The notes under the pieces are model-generated. The model was not told the DNA's origin and ran no database searches. It was given only the letters and a program-made list of their open reading frames with translations. 53,533 nucleotides of DNA from positions 248,001 through 301,533 of the forward strand of contig MU058815.1 in assembly GCA_013265495.1 (NCBI GenBank). The letters are read 5' to 3'. Numbering within the stretch: position 1 is the first letter of the stretch; each line of letters opens with the position of its first letter. This stretch comes from Vicugna vicugna. Lineage: Eukaryota. Below are positions 25,203 through 42,686 of the stretch, one piece after another. The translations under genes and the position numbers were made by a program.

Positions 25203-27369
25203 GACAGTATCCACTACTGCGAGGACTGATGGAGAAAACTGGGTGAGGTGGGAACAGATCTGACCTTGGGAAGGCCACCGGGACTGGCAGTGGCCAGGCT
25301 TCGACACGGTCCTCTGAAGTTTTAAGTTTACTTTGACACATCCCCCTTCTTAAAATCCCTCATCTCAAAAAAGATTTTAAATGTTCCCGTAAGGAACTCA
25401 CAAACTGTCCAAAAACAGCTATCAGTGCTGAATTGCAAGGTGTAATTCATCCACAATGAGCTCTTTTAAACAAGCCTTTCCCTGTGGAGAGACCCGAGAG
25501 GCTCACGGGGACTCCGTGGGAAGCTGTTACATACTGTAACGTCTACCGAAAACACCCTAAAATCAGCACAGAGAAGTTAGCCGTTGCTCGGACAGGCTGT
25601 TTCAACCAGTATTTTATCAAAAAAAAAAAAAAGAGTGCAAAAGGTGTCTATGGCTTCACACGGCTTGATTAGAATCGCCCTCAAGTGCATTTACTCGCCA
25701 GCCGTGGGGCCCTCCCTCTTGTGGTTTGAACAGGGACGGGCATGCGGCTGGGTGGACTGCTCTGGTGCTGTTCACCTGAGTCATGCAGCTTAGCTCTAGA
25801 ATCGGTTGTTCTGGAACATCCCAGTTACGTCATTTTTGTTCAATTGCATGAACTCTAAAATCTCCATGTATCTTCCGAAAGCTGCCTCAAGCTTTTACAA
25901 TTAGAAGGAGTGGTAACAAACAAAGGTTATTTTTAGCCTCCCCCTCCAACCAAATCCCCTAAGTCGAAACCTCCCTCCCTCTGCCAAAAAAAAAACAAAA
26001 AAACAAAACCAAAAAACCCTCCAAGTGTCTTTCTGCAGGATCTCCGCTGCTCGCTCTGTGGCGCTCAGTGGCCGGGAGCGGCACGTTCACGTCCGGGGGG
26101 CTGAGTGATGCGCCGCCGCCTCCCTGACTGTGTCTGCTGGGGGAACAGCCAAAGAGCTATTTCCCAATCCTCCCTCTTAGGTCTCAACGGAACAGTGAAA
26201 GCGCCAGGGGTACCAAATTAGCGACAGAATGATGTTCCTCTTTCAGATCAGTGGAAATGGGAAGTAACTCTGTATAGCCTTGAGTCCTTTTAATAAGCAA
26301 CCTGGACCGCGCTTGCGGGGAGAGGGGCTCCGAGGGGCCCCCGGTCTTCATCCCGTTCACGTTAGCTCCTTCCACCAAGCAGAGTCCCTCCTGATCTTCG
26401 GGTGCACGTTCAGATGTTCCTTTGTTGGCGTGTGCAGCTCTATCCCTCAGCGGTGCCAAGGCAGAGAAGCGTGGGAAACTCAGGACGATCCGAGGTGCTG
26501 GGCAGCCGGGGAGACCCAGGAGGCAGGATCCAGTGGCTCTGTGCTCGGGGGCTTCCGACACCGGCACCCTCTGGGCACTTGCTGGAGACGCATTTCTCGG
26601 CCCCAGCTGGACCTGCCTGCAAGCAGGGAGGGCAGCGCTGGTTCTGTAACAAGCCCTGTGGGACGACCCGACGCTGGCTAAAGAGCCCACTGTCTACGGA
26701 GGTGAAGCCATTCCTCGCTGAGCCTCGGTGGCCCGGGGCTACGGCCCCATCACCAGTAAACACGGAGAAGCTCCCAGGCCATGCTGGGGGAAGAGGCCAG
26801 CCCTGGGGTGAGCAGGGGCCCAAGCTGGCTGGCAGAAGCATCCCCAGGCCCCACCCAGGTTGTGGCTGTGCCCCTCCCCTGACCGGAAGCCCCGCGGCTA
26901 CTGGCCCTCCAGGTGACCCTGTTCCTGGTACTCTCTGGCCCAAGGGTACCCGGACTTGGCTGGCCGCACGGCTGACTGCCCAGGGGACACAGGCAGCTCT
27001 GGGCAGGGGTGAAGGAGGCCCAATCTCCCTCACCGTCTGACCACCCAGCCCTGCCCCAGGGCCCTGGGAAGTGCCAGGCTCCAGGCCTGTAAATGGCAGG
27101 GGTTGGGGCCTCAGGAGGAGCAGAGCTTTAACACCAAAGACCATCCTCACATCACCTGCAGCTGATCCCCGACCGGCACCCCGCCTCCCGCAGACCTCAC
27201 CGCGAAAAGCAATACCACTTGTTCCCATCCTTTGCCCGCCAACGTACATCCACATTCAAACGGAGGGGCTGGTCCCGGACAGCCCCGCAAGCCTCCGATC
27301 GTCACCGCTCTGCGTCTCCGTTATCCAGCTCCTCCCGCCGCCTGGCAGCCTCACGACCTGCAGAGAGCC

Positions 27370-28419
27370 GGCCAAACGTTCTGTTTCGCTTTATTGGGTA
27401 CACCAGGTGTGGGCGTTACACGCGAACTCTGTCCCGCGTGTCGGCGGCGGCGCGCCCGTGGGCCTTCTCCCACGGGAGCTCTGAAGTGAACGGACCTCGC
27501 TTACGTGTGGTACAAACACAAGCAAACCGAAGCGCAATCAGGTGGCCCCCCAAAGTGGGGACCGTGAACAGTTAAATTACCACGTCATTATTTTCAGCTC
27601 AAAATACTTCAATGAAAATGGCATACAAAAAACCGTATAAATTACATTTAAGGTCTGTACATGATTCTTCAAAAAAAAATAACAATACTGTGCTCTGTAC
27701 AATATTGCTGCCTTTCTAACATTCCAACCCCCCCTGAAAAAAAAAACATAAAACTTTCCCTTGAATTCCAGAAAAGTGGGCAAAATACACATGCAGGGTA
27801 ATTCAAATCATTTCACAAAAAGACAAAGTCGTGTGGGTTTCTTCTAAGGCACATTGTGTTGTAACACGGAGCTCCCATCTCAGAAGCCCCTTCTCATCCG
27901 ACCCTGACAGGGGGCAGAAGGCATGTCCTGTTCCTGCACATCTTTGGTGGCTGAAGGCAGGCTGTCGCCCGCAGGGGGCAGTAGAGAGAAAAGCATCCTT
28001 CTCCATCCTCATCCAACAGGCCAGTCGCTGGGACTTGCAAAGCCCGTGGTCCCACTTTGCTGCCTTCTGCAGGCCTGTTTCCCCCAAAGTCTGGAAGTAT
28101 TCGATCCATGTGCGACGTGGAGGGAAGATGCCACCTTCAATGCACAGGCAGTGCTCACCGCTGATCTACCTCCGGGGAAATGCAGGTGGCCCTGGGGGTC
28201 CCCGTGCGTCCTGCTGGGCCTGCCAACCTTGCCTGGCCAGGCACCATTGGCTAAAAGACCCTCCAACCAAACAGGTGGCCACAGCGCAGCTCTGTGCACG
28301 AGAGGACGACAGAGCAGGGCTTTACACAGTGACATGCTCACAGCCCACCAGTGCCCAGGGCTCACTCCTCCAGGCGGCTCGTCTCCCCCCCCCCCAAGCG
28401 CCCCACTGCCCGGCCAGCC
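27370..28419 (-). other. ROR2: ROR2 3'UTR with a U-rich block at ~27575-27855
   Basis: Lies between the TGA (28420-28422) and the AATAAA; no repeats recognised. Confidence 0.7.
27390..27395 (-). terminator. Probable ROR2 polyadenylation signal (AATAAA)
   Basis: tttatt on plus strand ~1.03 kb past the stop codon; consistent with the ~1 kb human ROR2 3'UTR as recalled. Confidence 0.65.
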
Positions 28420-30027
<1,608 letters not shown>

Positions 30028-31162
30028 TTAAACGTGCCCTGATGCCACGAGGCTGCATGAAACCTTCAAAACGGGACCCGACCAGCCTGCAAATTATGCC
30101 CCCGCCCCAAAGTGCCACTGCAGAGTGTGCCTGTGTGAGGGTGTGTGTGCACACCTATTTACACACACACACGTGAGCCAAGCTGAGCTCACCTCCCCCA
30201 GCCGTGTCCCCCACTCGGCCTTTCCTGCCACGCCCTGCTATGAGTCGACAGACAGGCCCAGGCCCCACTGCCCGTGACAGCAGGACGCCGTGTCTCACTG
30301 TTGAACCCAGAGGTGCACATCCCAGGATTTGCGTCATTTTTAGCGCCCAGGCCAGATGCTCTGCAAAAGGCCTGTCTTGCTGTTTCCTCTTGATTACATC
30401 CCCATTAGATGCCTTTGACAGAAGCACCACAAAGGTGAAACTGGTCTGAACAGCTCCCCTCCCGGCTTCTCCACCTTCGCCCGCTCTGTGTGCCCGGCCC
30501 CTGTCCTCGGAGGCTCTGTGACCCCAGAGGAATCCGTGTCCTCCCCTTCCGGCCCGCCCCCGCCCCCAGCAAACACAGTGACTCCTGGCTACAGAGCTCA
30601 ATGAGTCCACTCCTCAAAGCCTGGGTGGAAGTAATTTTCCCCCTAAAGCTTGCAAAGAACGTAATGTCCCTTCTCTGCAGCTGGGCGACGGGGACAGACG
30701 TTCTCCTGTCCTGCACTGCAGGGTGTTCCCGTTACCCTAAGAACTCGGGGGGGAGGCTGTCCCACCTCCACTACAGGACTGTTGCTCTGTCCTTCCCTGA
30801 AAACAAAACACAGCAAAAGCAACCCAACCCCAAACTGACCAGAAAAAAGGCCCTCATCCCTTAAAAATGCCACATCCACCCTCAAATGGTGGGGCAATCA
30901 GAGCCCTTGTTTGATGTGTCCTCCCGTGGGGACAGTCGAAGCACCGCGGAGTGAGGACAGCTCCCTCGGGCCCGTGCTAACAGGGCTGGTCTTGGCTGAG
31001 GGTGAAGAGTGAATTCCGTTTATTTCCTAAGGACACAAAAGTCCTGATATAGTTCAGAGAAGAAATGGCAAAATGAAGGCCAGTTTAAAAGAACCGTGTG
31101 TCGTGTATCAAGCAAATGAAGAACCCTAGCGTTAGGGGCAACCAATCCCCAGGCAGAGGTTA

Positions 31163-31525
<363 letters not shown>

Positions 31526-32012
31526 TCAGCTGCCCAAAAGGACAGAAATATAAACCAAACCCCAAAGAGGGAAAGTCTCCCCCAAATGCACAGTTCGCTC
31601 TGCATTTCTAAGACGGAACCTAGACCTGCCCGCCACAGAAACAGACCAGAATGCAGAGCACAAAACCCAATCAGCTCTGAAGGTCCCGCAGCAGCAGGAA
31701 CCACCACCAGCTTCCTTCCCAATCTGAACACGGCCAGAATAGGCGCTCTGCCCTTTGCATCTTCAATGCAAAACTCCACGGAGCACTTCTGTCGGGCTCG
31801 TCCCCAGGGAAGAAAACCGGATCCTGGGATTAGAGATGGTCCTTGCCTTCCTTCAACGTTTTCAGGGTTTCCACACTGCGGTACAATGAGCACACATTCT
31901 CTGGAGATAATCGTTTGAAGTGCATTTGATTTAAAAGTGCGCTGGCAGCCAATGAGTTTGACCCCACAGTATGCACTGGGGCACAAGAAATGTTCAAAAA
32001 CAATGGTAAGGT

Positions 32013-32183
32013 ATATAAAAAACGAGTTTCTTCTGTATGTTCATTATCTTGTAATAACCTTTAATGAAAAAGAATATGAAAACGAATATATGTGTGTATA
32101 TGCATATATATGCATGGCTGGGACATTACGGTGCACACCGAAAACTGACACACTGTAACTGACTATACTTCAATTAAAAAAAA
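32013..32183 (+). mobile_element. 5'-truncated L1 3'UTR
   Basis: Ends actgtaactgactatacttcaattaaaaaaa; TSD aatggtaaggt / aatgctaaggt at 32002-32012 and 32184-32194. Confidence 0.85.
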
Positions 32184-33579
32184 AATGCTAAGGTGCACGG
32201 TCTGAGGCTTTGAGGCGTTTTGCCTTCAGCTTGTCCACAGTGAAGAGCGAGGCTTTGTCTCCCCAGGCAGGACTCATGGAAAGACGGCGAGGGCCCCCGG
32301 CCGCAAGGCTGAAGCATCGCCGGCACCAGTGCTGACGTCTCAAGGAGGGCTGGGGCTTCTGCACGGCGAGTGGCGGAACGCAAGTTCCCCAAAAGGCCGC
32401 CTCGCCACCGCCCCTCACTTCTCCAGCAGTTTTCATATTAACCTGGTGAGTAATTACATGGGACTTGGGCGTCCCTTTGAACAGTGAGTGAGTAATGAGC
32501 TCTCCACCTGAAAGCAAACAAGTCATTTGGTCCACGAGGTCCCTGAGAGATGAATTCCATTCTAAAAAATGACCGCTCTCCCCACCAGCATGAAAAAGCA
32601 TCGTCCCAAATCCAGTCTTGCTCCCCAGACTCCAGAAGATCAGATCAAATCAAACCACACACGGAACTCTCCTGGCCCCACCCTGGGGGCAGATGTTCTA
32701 GAAGTTTCAGGGGCAGTGGAGATTCTGGGTTATTTTTCATGAGGGTCAGGTGGGGGCACATTCCAGACTCCCCAGACCAAGGGTAGAGATGGGAACACTG
32801 TCCACCCAGAGGTTTCTACAATCATTGATTTTATCATTATCTTCTAAAAAAATCACCAACAGCACCCTTGCTTATTAATAATTATAGTATTACAGAAAAG
32901 TGAAGACCCCTAGTGGCTAATTTCACCAAAGGCTGTACCATTGTTAACAGGTTGGTATTCACTTAATTTTTTTATGTATATATTTAAGTTGAACATGAAA
33001 TGACTGACAGTCCAGGAATTTGACAAACAAAAGCACCTGTTTCATATAATTCTTTAAAAATAGAATTTTAAATGGAATTCATTTAAAATAGAATCATATC
33101 ATCCATATTCTCCTGGTCCTGGTTTTGTGGCAGAATTTCTGTATCTCGGGCCACTTTTCTTGCAGAACAGACAGCTCCAGGCATTTATCAAGAACTGCAT
33201 ACCGTCCCACGGTCCGGATGTGCTCCAGTTACCATCCAGCCCTCTGCTGGCAAACAATTCCTTTCTCACTGAGCTACTAAAAGCGATTCTGCAATAAATA
33301 ACCTTGCATTTCTGCCCTTTAAGTGCAAATATGTCGGCAACACAAGACTCCTGGAATTGCCAGGGCAAAGAAGGTACATATTTTTCTTTATGTTTTGCTT
33401 TATTTTTAATTGCAAAAATAATGACTGCTCGTTGTAAAAACATCTTATGTTTCAACACTCTGTAGGTCTTGCGAAGTCACTGCTAAAAGTTTGGGGTTTC
33501 TTCCCAGGACTTTTTCCATGAAATACAGGGGTGTCTGTGTGCTCATTCACATACCTTTCACTCATTTTGTTTCTTTTAC

Positions 33580-33765
33580 AAGGAAGGAAGGAAGGAAGGA
33601 AGGAAGGAAGGGAGGGAGGGAGGGAGGGAGGGAGGAAGGAAGGAAGGGAGAAAGGAAGGAAGGAAGAGGGAGAGAACGAAAGGAAGGAAGAAAGAGAGAG
33701 AAAGATGGAAGGGAGGACGAGGAGAGAAAAAGACAAATAGAAAGGCAGAAAGAGAAAGCAAAAAG
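33580..33765. repeat. (GGAA)n/(GGGA)n polypurine tract
   Basis: Direct inspection. Confidence 0.95.
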
Positions 33766-33910
33766 ACATAACACATCTATTGCCCTACAACTTGCTTCGT
33801 TCCCTTAACAAGTCAATATGAACATCCTTCCTTGCAGGGAATTTTTTTTAAACAACTATAGCATTCCAAAGGGTAGCTATCCTATAATCTAACTATCAAT
33901 GCTTTCATTC

Positions 33911-34002
33911 TTTTTTTTTTTTTAATGGAGGTACTGGGGATGGAAACCAGGACCTCGTGCATGCTAAGCATGTGCCCTACCACTGAGCTGTACCCAACCC
34001 TC
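33911..34002 (-). mobile_element. tRNA-Ala-derived SINE (Vic-1-like), short form
   Basis: T-run then aatggaggtactggggatggaaaccaggacctcgtgcatgctaagca; tttcattctt repeated on both flanks. Confidence 0.85.
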
Positions 34003-34592
34003 AGCATTTTCATTCTTCAAATGCATTCCTGCACAGAGATAATGACGCCTGTAAAGTCTGCAACCATTAACTACACGTTCTCCTCCCAGTTATAATTTAA
34101 GAGGGAAACTGCAGGGAGACCAGTGAAGAGATTTAAGTTCTACTTTCTCCCCACTCTGCCAAGGCTAGGGGTGAAAGCTGAACAGAGTGGGAGGCGAGGG
34201 AGGGGAGCAGGAGGCTGTGCCCCTCTACGGATGCTGCTCTGAGAAGCCGGTGGTAACTCACACAGGAAGCATTTTTACTAATAGCGGGAAATACGTGGCT
34301 ATGTTAATTGACAAACAAGATGCCAAACTGAATATCCCGGGACCACACACGGAAAAAAGGGCTGATGGAAGGGCCCCCAAGTGTAAGCAGCAGTCTGTGC
34401 TGAGTGGAGAAATTAAAGGTGATTTGCGCATTATTCTTTAGACTTTTCTATAACTTAAGACATCCTGTAACGACCAGATTTTACTTTAACAACCAGCAAC
34501 AGCTTTACTTCAAACAAATAACCACGGTGGTGACATGGCGGGGAGGGAGGCGGGCGGCCCAGAGCCACCCGCCTCCTGGTCCCGTGTCATCA

Positions 34593-34925
<333 letters not shown>

Positions 34926-36020
34926 TCAGAGGACGCAGCCCTCCTCCCGGGGGACAGACAGCACCTTCTTTCAACTATCCCGGAAAGGAACAGCAAAACC
35001 ACCTGGTCTGCAGGTCCCCAGTTTGGCATTTCCAAAAGACCAGAGGACTTGCCATAATGTCCAAGAAAAGCAGCATTAAAAAGAATGGTAACAGCCCCAA
35101 GTCCACCAATTAAATTGGCAGGTGCGCCAGAGCCGGACACGGGCAAGACAGCCCGCCCATCGGAAGTCATTCCGTGGCCCTGATACCCCTTCGGACCCAC
35201 CAGGCGCCCCCATTCCACCACGAGAATGTCAGCCCCCAACCTCAGGTTCACTCGCACTGGAAGCAAAACCAAACTGTGTGGGAGGGAAGGGAAGCTCCCA
35301 GGCCTGGCCCATAACCCCGTGAGGATGCAGCTCAGCCCCGTGTGAGCAGAGCCCCGCGCTCACTGCACCACCCGGGACATCCGGGGCCTCTCTGAGCCAC
35401 AGCTGGGCTGTGGATCTGTGGACCACTGGCTCCACAGTGCTTGCTCTGTGCAGGTACGATTCTAAGAACTCTCCAAATAGTAACTCAGTTAATCCCCACT
35501 CCAGTTCCTGGGGTCAGTGGTTACATCGCCGTGTAATAGGAGGATGTGGGTATTTGAGCAGCTGGCCCAAGGTGCCATGGGGCCAGCCCTGCAGCGGGAT
35601 TTGGATGGTACCCTGGGTCTGGAGACCAGGCGAGGGCCCAGCCACCCTCCTGGAAACCCAGCCCAGCCAAGGCAGTGATTACTTCTCCAGCCTGGGAGAG
35701 GGGTGATCTCTTCTTGGTCGCCCCCTTCAAGGAGAGCCACCACCCGGACTCAGTGAGTGCTGAGAGGTGCCTGTGGATCAAGGCAGGCTTGGAGGCCAGC
35801 CCTGCGTCCCCTAAAGGTCCTCACAGCCTTGGCAGCAGGCACGGAGAGGACTCCCATCTTAAAGAAGCAAGCCTGGTGTCCATGGGACAGAGTGACTTAC
35901 TCGGGTCCCCCAGACAGGCGGGGCCGAGTGGGCTGTGTGCCTGGAGCTGGCTGGCTGCCCTCCTGGCGTGAGGGCCGGGTCTGGGGGCTCCCCCCGACAG
36001 AACGGGGTCCCGGGGCTCTA

Positions 36021-36647
<627 letters not shown>

Positions 36648-37419
36648 CTATCAGACCCAAGGCCACTTCCTAAGGGCCTGCTGTGAACTGGGGGAGGTGA
36701 AGCCGTGGGCTGAGAGGCTTCTAGGAGAGACTGGAGAAGAGGCACAAAGGCCTTGGTCTCCCGGACATCCCGGGACCTGGGAGCAGAGAGGCGGCCTGGC
36801 CTGCGAGAGGATGCCCCCGGGGATGCAGACAATGTGCCAGGAAGATGGACCATCAGCCCTGTGACATGCTGCCCTGGGGGGAGGTGGCTGGACTGAAAGA
36901 GCCTCCTCTGGCGGAGTCTGGGGAGGCTCGAGGCGGGGTCACGCGGCGGCGGGGGGTGAGGGTGGGGGGAGCTTGGCGTAAAGCTGCGGGAGCGCTGGAG
37001 CCCAGGCCAGTGGGCTTGCTTTTTAGGGGCAAGACGTCACAGGACGCTTGATGGGGGGAACCGGACAGCTGACTAGAGAAAGGAAGGGGGTGGGGGCTGC
37101 AGGGACCAGGTCTGGGCAGGTGAGCGGGAGCCGAGCTGCCAGTGGCAGGAGGGAAGGTGGTCACTCCAGGGCGCTCCTGGCTGTGACGGTCAGGGCTCCA
37201 AGGAAGGCATCCGCCGTCCGGCGCCCAAGCCAGAAGGCCCACCCAGTGTAATCTGTGAACGAGCTGCGTATAACGATCTGACCTGGGCAGCTAGAGAAAG
37301 AGGGGGCCCCGTTGCCTGCACACTCTGCTGAGAGGTGGGGGTAGGAAACCCGAGAGGCTGGAATTTAAGTCCCTGGGGCGCTCCAGCTCGGCCCGGGACT
37401 TGTGGCGCCATGCCCAGCA

Positions 37420-37438
37420 TGGCCAGCAGGTGGCGCTG
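37420..37438 (+). promoter_or_regulatory. CTCF motif, full consensus match, in ROR2 intron 5
   Basis: TGGCCAGCAGGTGGCGCTG matches CCASYAGRKGGCRS with canonical flanks. Confidence 0.65.
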
Positions 37439-39737
37439 CTGGCGCCCCTTTCCCCCAAGAGACCCACCAGGTGGGTGGGGCTGGATGAGCCGGCCTGGGA
37501 GCGCAGGTCCGGCCCTGCCCCGTCCTTTACTACCGGACAGTCACCCGGTCCTTTCTGGGCCTGGGTCTTTATCTGTCAAGTGGCCACGCTTTTTATGGAG
37601 TGTGTATCTCCTGAGCTGTCTTCCCTTCTGAGTGAGACGGACTGCACTCTGTCCATGGAGTGTGCCTCTTTCTAAATAAACTTGCTCTCACTTCAAAATT
37701 TAAAAAGTTAAAAATTAATAAAACAGTAAAATAAAACTGAGGAACAGACAGGTGAGAAGTTAAGATCTCTGGGGTTGAAGAAGCAGGTCTGAACCCAGCT
37801 CAGTCCCATCACGTGGCTTTGGCGACTGACCATCCGGAGGTCTTGACCTTTGCCCCCAGGCAGGGAAAGAGCTGAGAAAGCCAAACATGGTGTTCCTTTC
37901 GGGGTATAAACGGGCAGGATGTCACGACTGACCCTTTTAGGATTTCCCCTCCTCCCCTCCCCGAACCCATCAGGTGAGAGCTTATTTCCGAAGGGTGGTT
38001 CTAGGCACCAGCTCGTGTCCTTGCTTTTATCCACACCCTGCACGTCACACGGAGGGCTGCTGGGGCCCATCCCCTGGGGAGCTCCCCTGGAACCAGTCCT
38101 GGGGACTCTCTCCGAACAGACCATCTCCACGGCCAACGCACACGTCAGTCAGTCCAGAGCAACCTCACCTTTGTTTTTTTCAAAGAAACCCCACACATCT
38201 AGCGACTCCTCCTTCTAAACTTCTATCTAAAAACCGCTGCAAAATGAGTCCGCTTAGCCATCCGAGCTGCTAATCCTTTAAACAATTCCTGAAGAAGTCA
38301 CCGAGGGACAGTCGTGGGTCTTCCATCAGTGTTTGCCAATTAGCGGGATGTGCAATTAGTTCTGGAGTCTGCGGCCAGCATTTTAAAAGATGATTAGAAC
38401 AGAACAGAGGAGGTCAGGGCACACGGTTCGCATTAAGGCCGTAACCAACTTCTGTCCTCAGTGAAATGAAACTGAAGAGAAACACTCAGAGAGCCCTGCC
38501 TCTGTTAAGGGTGCATGTTGCTTCCCGTAACCCATCGCAGGGCTATGAAACAGATGCGTATGTACACTTGGTCACGTGTAAAGGACACTTTTGACTGTGT
38601 GTTGAGGTCAGAAAGGTCTGAGAAGTTCTGCTTTAAATGGAATCAAAAGCTTTTCCAGTGAGAGATGCTGACATTTTCAAGACATTCTCCCCTTAGACCA
38701 AGACGGAGACTTCCAGGATCTACAGGTCCCGTTACTGCCTTTCTGTTTGTCACTGGACACCTGGCCGTGTCCTCAGGGGGTCTGTAACCATGGGCCAGGT
38801 GGGCCCCTCTGTGACCTTGACCTTAGACCTTCCAGACTGAGGGGAAAAGACAAAGCCAGGCTTGCCCTGGACTTGGAAGGACATTCAGCGGCACCTGAGT
38901 GCCCACCTGGGATCCTCCTTGTGCCCTTACCAGGCAAGCCTTCGTGAACCCCACCAGAGCCTCTGGGGAGCCCCGCACCAGGGGTTGGCTGGGGCCAGAG
39001 CCACTGTGCAGAGAACCTAGCTCAGCAGGGTCCCCTGTCACCTTCGCAAGACCCTGTTCCTCAGAGAGCCTGGAGAGAAGGGTGTGCTTGTGGGGAGAGC
39101 AGAGACAGGAGGAGGGGGGCCTCGGGGGCCCTGGTCTAGTGCACTTTCTCACTTCTCACTCCAGGGGTTTGCCCCCAGGAAGTCCTTGACGTCAGTGTGA
39201 GGACTACCCGCCAACCAGAGATGCTAACTGCTACCAAGGCATACGCCGGGCAGCTCCACCCCTCCGCGCTCTGCTCCCTTCCTCACACCGGCAGGCAGGC
39301 GCCTGAAGACCTGACTGTTCCTGGAAGCGAAGGGCCGACGGGGGTCTGAGTTCACTGCGCTGTCCCCGGGCGCAGCACATGGCCTGGAACCTCTCCCCGC
39401 AACAGCTAAAATCAGGCCCGGGTACCTCCCAACCACGCGCAGCTCCGAGAGGGCGCAGAGTCGGGAAAGGCACAGCCGAGAGTGAAGGTCGCGGGCGCCG
39501 GGCTGCCTGCCTCAGGGTGGCGGTCCTGGAACAGGAGGCCCTGGCCACACGGTGAGGACAAGACAACACAGGGCTTCCGACCCACGCGGGTGGCCTGATT
39601 CAGTGTGTAAGCACATTCTGAGCGGAGTGCGCTTGCTAATTTGAACAGACAAGTGGGAACATTTTAGAATGAACCACGGTGGTAATTGCAACTGATTCTG
39701 AAAAAAAAAACAAAAAACAAAAAACTCTGACTTTCTA

Positions 39738-40776
<1,039 letters not shown>

Positions 40777-42174
40777 TCCGGCGTCTTTAAGAGGAGAGGG
40801 AGGATGGAAGCAAGGAAGGGTGAATTGAGCGTGAAAAATGGATTATAAAGGTGACGTGCACACACGGGTGGCTACGTGCTCGTGCGTACGTTCAAAGACA
40901 CACAGAACACCAATGACCAACACGTTCCTCTTAGCCTTATTATACCACCATTCACTTCTGTTGTTTGCAAGCAGGCCTTCTAAGAAAATGACGATCACCC
41001 AGAAACCGTATTTTACCGTTAAAACGGTGGGAGAGAATTCTTTGAAACGGAGAAAAGCAGTGGAGGGGGTGCCGAAAAGTCGGGCAGGCCCTCAAAGAGC
41101 TTGGACAGGGAGCTGCGTCTATTACACAACAGAGGTGTGGCCTCGTCACTGCCACGGAGCACAGACCACGTGCAGAAGTACGGGTCACGGAGAGGGAGAC
41201 GCACAAAGGCGCAGCCCCGCCTCCGCCCCGCAGTCGGACCTTCCCCGCTGGCAGGGGACAGCCTGCTTGATTATTTTCAGTAAAACCTGTTGGTCCTGCC
41301 TTCAGCCGATGAGATCAGTCAACCTAAGCACCCCGATGCTTTTCAAAGGATGCTCCAAAGAGACAGTGAAAGCGGGCCGTGGCGCATATATCAGGGCTGC
41401 TGTCAGCTGGGGCTCACAGGAGAGGGGGCCTGGCGCCCCCAGGACAAGCTTCAGCAAGTGCCTGGGGCCTGTAATTAAGTTGCTTGTTTTCTAACCAATC
41501 TGCAACCTGCCATAAGCCTAACGCTTGCCATCCACCCTACGCTGATCTAGACCATCCCTGAACGAAAGCTGGGCTGCGTCCAATCCGACCAAAGGGCCTT
41601 ACGGATCCCTGTGTCAGTGTAAAAGCTGGACGCTGGGTAACAGTGGAGACAAAGGGGCTGGCGGGACACGAGCCGCCCCCGGCTCCCTCCCTCCTCTGCT
41701 GTCTTCTCGGACCCTGAAGAAAGCTTCTTTCTCAAAGAAAAGAACCTGGAGCCATAAATAATCTAAATAGGAGAGATGCTGGTGTCAACGAGAGCCGGAT
41801 GCCCTTTCTCTCAAGCTCCCCAGCCCCATCATTTCTTTGGGTCAAGGATTCCTTAAATATAGTTTAAATATGCAAGCACAAGTGCTAACAAGACAGCCAA
41901 CTCAGCCCTCTCTCACTCTCACTAAAACCAATGTGTACACTTGCCAAATACACAAACACAAGTGCAAGTCAACTCTGTCCCGGTGTGTGAGCCCCATGTC
42001 ACCACCTGCAGGCTGGGTTGAGGGGGCTCCCCTGCTATGCTAGGAAAGTGGTAAGATGTGTGTGTTCCTATTAACATCAGCCATGCCTAGGGTAGGAGAT
42101 TTGATTCAGTAAGTCCCTTGGGTGATCCCACAAGGGTGGGCAATTTCTCTTCTCTGCTTCAAGAGTCAAGAGAT

Positions 42175-42686
42175 ACTGGATAAAGAAGTTGTGCTACATA
42201 TACACAATGGAATACTACTCAGCCCTAAAAAAGAATAAAATAATGCCATTTGCAGCAACATAAATGGACCTGGAGATTGTCATTCTAAGTGAAGTAAGTC
42301 AGAAAGATAAAGAAAAATACCATATGAGATCACTCATATATGGAATCTTAAAAAAAAGACACAAGTGAACTTATTTACAGATCAGAAACAGACTCACAGA
42401 CATAGAGAACAACTTATGGTTACCAGGGGGGTAACGGGGTGGGAAGGGATAAATTGGGAGTTCAAGATTTGCAGATAGTAACTACTATATATAAAAATAG
42501 ATGAACAGCAAGTTTCTACTGCGTAGCACAGGGAACTATATTCAGTATCTTGTAGTCACTTATAATAAAAAGAATATGAAAAGGAATGTATGTGTGTATG
42601 TGTATGACTAAAACACGATGCTGTTCACCAGAGATTGACACAATATGGTAAACTGACTATACTTCAATAAAATAATATAAAAATGA
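42175..42686 (+). mobile_element. Young 5'-truncated L1 3' end
   Basis: cacaatggaatactactcagcc...gagattgacacaatatggtaaactgactatacttcaataaaa; TSD aagagtcaagagat / aagagtcaagggat at 42161-42174 and 42687-42700. Confidence 0.9.

Noticed and set aside
33452..33808. ORFs with SFLP / GRKE repeats
   Set aside because: Translations of the (GGAA)n microsatellite
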